NCBI RefSeq assembly: GCF_001194135.2 | Contig: NC_068984.1 | Coordinates: forward strand, 18,920,340 to 18,984,339 | Reading direction: 5' to 3' | Origin: Octopus bimaculoides | Taxonomy: Eukaryota | DNA length: 64,000 nt | In this document: positions 60,424 to 64,000 of the stretch, in pieces | How positions within the stretch are numbered: position 1 is the stretch's first letter | Layout: every line of letters begins with the position of its first letter | Position numbers and translations under genes: made by a program | Notes under the pieces: generated by a model | Databases searched by the model: none | What the model saw: only the letters and a program-made list of their open reading frames with translations | What the model was told of the DNA's origin: nothing

Positions 60424-60565
60424 ACAGTTTCCCATATTATAATAACAGTCTGGATAGTTCCGCCGGTGCTGAATAGCTGTGCGATAACTGTATAAAGCTT
60501 CTTCATATTTTTTCTGAGATGCCTTGACTATGCCAAGGTTCATCCAGGCTGTGGAAAACGAAGGT
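60424..60565 (-). CDS. TMTC4: TMTC4 exon (PSFSTAWMNLGIVKASQKKYEEALYSYRTAIQHRRNYPDCYYNMGNC)
   Basis: AWMNLGIV and SYRTAI.HRR.YPDCYYN motifs of TMTC4; 142 nt, phase 2/0. Confidence 0.95.
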
Positions 60566-60818
60566 CTGATATTGCATAAAAAAAAGAGAAAAGAAATCAT
60601 TAATATTAAACAACAATAAAGTTAGGTATGAAAATTGTAAACCTATTTTTGAAAACAGAAATGTAAAAAAGACATAATTCAATAGAAAATACTTAGAATA
60701 CAAACATTATTGGAATGGAGTCAACTGTCAATAAATTAATCAACAGGATGTGCTTAAATAGTTGTGTGGCTGGTTCAGTTATAGTTTACATCTTCATCAT
60801 CATCACTTGTAAGACGGT

Positions 60819-61030
60819 AAGCTGGCAGAATTGTTAGGACGCTGGATGAAATGCTTAGTGGAATTTCGCCCGTCGCTATGTTCTGAGTTCAAATTCTGCT
60901 GAAGTCGACTTTGCCTTTCATCATTTCGGGGTCGATAAATTAAGTACCAGTGGAAAACTGGGGTTGATGTAATTGACTTAAGTCCTTCCCCCAAAAATTT
61001 CAGGCCTTGTGCTTATAGTACAAGGATTAT
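60819..61030 (+). mobile_element. SINE family B
   Basis: Head and core recognisable. Further copies at about 32923-33095, 58680-58895 and 63655-63862. Confidence 0.8.
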
Positions 61031-61590
61031 TATCCTATGTATGAAGGCAACAAATTGGCAAAATTGTTAACATGCTGGACAAAATGGTTAGCAGGATTTC
61101 TTTCAGTTTTTTTTTTTTTTATGTTTTGATTTCAAATACTGTCAAGGTGGTAGTGGTAAAGGTTGGAGGTAACAAGGATCTCAGAAAATAGAGACAAGTG
61201 AGTTGGTGGTGCTTGAATTGGGGAGATAGTAAGACCAGCCAGCTTTGAGGAACAGAGACCCTTATAGTAGTAATGAAAGAGACAGAGAGAAGAAAGTACA
61301 CCAGTGGACCAGAGGCTGGGGTGTATCTGTTCATGATTTAATAGCAATCAGTTAAATCTTCCTCAAATCAGAATTGGTGAAGTAGTTGGTGCTGAGAGGC
61401 CAGGAGAGATAAGTAAATAACTTGTTCAAGGGAACAGATGCCACTGATGTAGAAGAGAGAAGAAACAGTGAAGGAACGTGATTGAAACTTTGCTCGTCAG
61501 TACAGACAGAAAATATGTTTAGTTCATCAGTAGCAAATTACTTTAATTACTGCATTTGATACTGAAATACTTGAAAGATCTTAAATTTAC

Positions 61591-61698
61591 CTGATTTGAA
61601 TTGCTTTCGTTAATAATTTTTCAGCAGCTTCTTCCTGTCCCTGATCTTTTAAGATATTAGCAAGGTTATTCATAGCTTGGTCATATTCTGGGTATAAT
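61591..61698 (-). CDS. TMTC4: TMTC4 exon (LYPEYDQAMNNLANILKDQGQEEAAEKLLTKAIQIR); upstream exons not found in the window
   Basis: TTCTAG acceptor, AG|GTAAAT donor, 108 nt, phase 2/2; AMNNL.NILK TPR motif. Confidence 0.92.
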
Positions 61699-62080
61699 CT
61701 AGAACAAAATAAATAAATAAGTAAATATTTTGAATTCCATATGTCTAATACTTGTGTACATGCTTACAAAATCAAATAACAACACAGCACCTATGAGTTT
61801 TGGGAACATTTCTTTCATGCTCAGAATTGCTGAAGCATGGAATAAACTACCAGCAACAGGACAGACACTGCATCCTTCAAAACTCCATGATTCCTAAAAT
61901 TCATCAACAGTAGACCTGTAGGTCAATTTCCCCCTTTTTTAATGACTTATTCACTTCCTGTACATTATTCTATGTAATGTTCATGCACTTTTGGCTACTT
62001 TTTCTGATGAGATGTAGAACACCTGAGCACTTTATACAATAATTTCATTATTTCATATATATTTTTTAAATGAATATCTA

Positions 62081-63135
62081 GTGGCTGTGTGGTAAGCAGC
62101 TTGCTTACCAACCACATGGTTCCAGGTTCATTCCCACTGCATGGCACTTTGGGCAAGTGTCTTCTACTATAGCCTCAGGCCGACCAAAGCATATTGAGTG
62201 GATTTGGTAGACGGAAACTGAAAGAAGCCTGTCGTATATATGTATATATATATATGTATGTATGTGTGTGTATGTGTTTGTGTGTCTGTGTTTGTTCCCC
62301 CCAACATCGCTTGACAACCGATGCTGGAGTGTTTACGTCCCCGTAACTTAGTGGTTCAGCAAAAGAGACTGATAGAATAAGTTCTAGGCTTCCAAAGAAT
62401 AAGTCTTGGGGTCGATTTGCTTGACTAAAGGTGGTGCTCCAGCATGGCCGCAGTCAAATGACAGAAACAAGTAAAAGAGTAAAAGACTAAAACAGCAGTT
62501 GAATCTCTCACAAATAACATCCTACTGTTTTTTTTTTAAAGACAAGGATATATTAGAGATGATGAGACCCTAGATAGCCATTAAACATATATTTATAAAT
62601 ATACACAGGCACAGGCATGGCTGTGTGGTAAGAAACCTGCTTCACAGACAGATGGTTCCGGGTTCAGTCCTACTGTATGGCACCTTTGCAAGTGTCTTCT
62701 ACTATAGCCTTTGGTCGACCAAAGCCTTGTGAGTGGATTTGGTAGATGGAAACTGAAAGAAGCCTGTCGTATGTGTATGTCAGTGTTTGTCCCCTTACCA
62801 TCGCTTGACAACCAGTGTTGGTGTGTTTACGTCCTCGTAACTTATTGGTTCGGGAAAAGAGTCCAATAGAATAAGTACCAGGATTACAAAGAATAAGTCC
62901 TGGGGCTCATTTGTTCGACTAAAGGCAGTGCTCCAGCATGGCCACAGTCAAATGAATGAAACAAGTAAAAGAATATACATGTGTGGCTCTGTGGTTGAGA
63001 AGCTTGCTTTCTAACCACATGGTTTTGGGTTCAATCCTGCAGCATGGCACCTTGGGTCTTCTACTACAGCCCCAGGTCAGTCAAAGTCTTGTGAGTGGAT
63101 TCGGTAGATGGAAACTGAAAGAAGCCCATTGTGTG
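62081..63135 (+). mobile_element. Three tandem same-orientation family A SINEs (62081-62486, 62617-62972, partial 62981-63135)
   Basis: Each starts with a ggct(g/c)tgtggt(a/t)ag head and has the ggcac(c/t)tt(g)gg core. Confidence 0.85.
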
Positions 63136-63920
63136 TGTGTGTGTGTGTGTTTGTATGTAACCTTGTCTTGACAATGTGTGATTACCATTATACACATGAT
63201 ATTGTTTGTTTTTGGTCTTTTGTGAAAAACATGTCTGGTAATCGGAAATATCCCCTTGGTTGGAAACAGGTAAATGCTGGTGATAGGAAAGGTATCCAAC
63301 TGTAGAAAGTCAACCACAACAAAATTCCATCTGACTCAGAACGTAACAGCAGACGAAATACCGCTAAGCATTTCGCCCGGCACACTAACGTTTCTGCCAG
63401 CTCACAGCTTTAACCCTTTAGCATTTAAACTGGCCATATCCAACCAAAATATTCTCCCTGTTTTATGTTTAAATTGGCCAGATCCCAAAATCTAATCAGT
63501 TCATGCCAATCATGAGGCCAAATATCTCTGGAAGTTTCATCCAAATCCATCCAATGGTTCTTGAGATATCTTGTCCCTGGAGGAACAAACAAACAAACAT
63601 GACTGAAAAAAATACCTCTGCCTTTGCTAAGGCGGAGATGATAATAATCCTTTCTACTACAGCCACAAGGCTTGAAATTTGGAGGAAGAGTATTAGATGA
63701 TTACATCGACCCCAGTACTCAACTGGTACTTATTTCATTGACCCCGAAAGGAAGAAAAGCAAAGTCAACCTTGGCGAAATTTGAACTCAGAACGTGAAGA
63801 CAGCAAATGCTGCTAAGCATTTTGCCAGGCAGTGCTAATGATTCTGCCAGCTTGCTGCCTTCGATAATAATAGTGGTAGTAGTAGTAGTAGCAGCAGCAG
63901 CAGCAGAAGCAGCAGTAGTA

Positions 63921-63958
<38 letters not shown>

Positions 63959-64000
63959 GGGTCAATCTAATTGACTATCTCCTTCCCCCTATAGTAGAAA

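Overview
AT-rich, intron-rich animal genomic DNA with many microsatellites and N gaps. The SINE/LINE families look like those of Octopus, judged by recognition rather than by a search. Four protein-coding gene models were built by hand from splice sites and codon phase. (1) A + strand unidentified gene with 9 phase-compatible exons (803-17385), open at the 5' end. (2) A complete - strand RPP21 (RNase P subunit p21) with 4 exons (28212-21177, 185 aa). (3) A complete + strand 183-aa gene: signal peptide, one CUB-like domain and a GPI-type tail (38366-46756). (4) The last five exons of TMTC4 on the - strand (61698-50294). The rest is mostly mobile DNA: four tRNA-derived SINE families, RTE LINE remnants, a deleted Gypsy element with both LTRs, an LTR with a tRNA-Trp PBS, and mariner, Helitron, Penelope-like and CRE-like fragments, plus several MITE/foldback palindromes. 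The most notable unexplained signals are minimal hammerhead-ribozyme motifs: one in a tRNA-headed SINE-like element (about 2090-2570) and a pair in a 172-bp near-perfect palindrome in the CUB gene intron (42318-42489). Repeat boundaries are approximate. No database searches were run.
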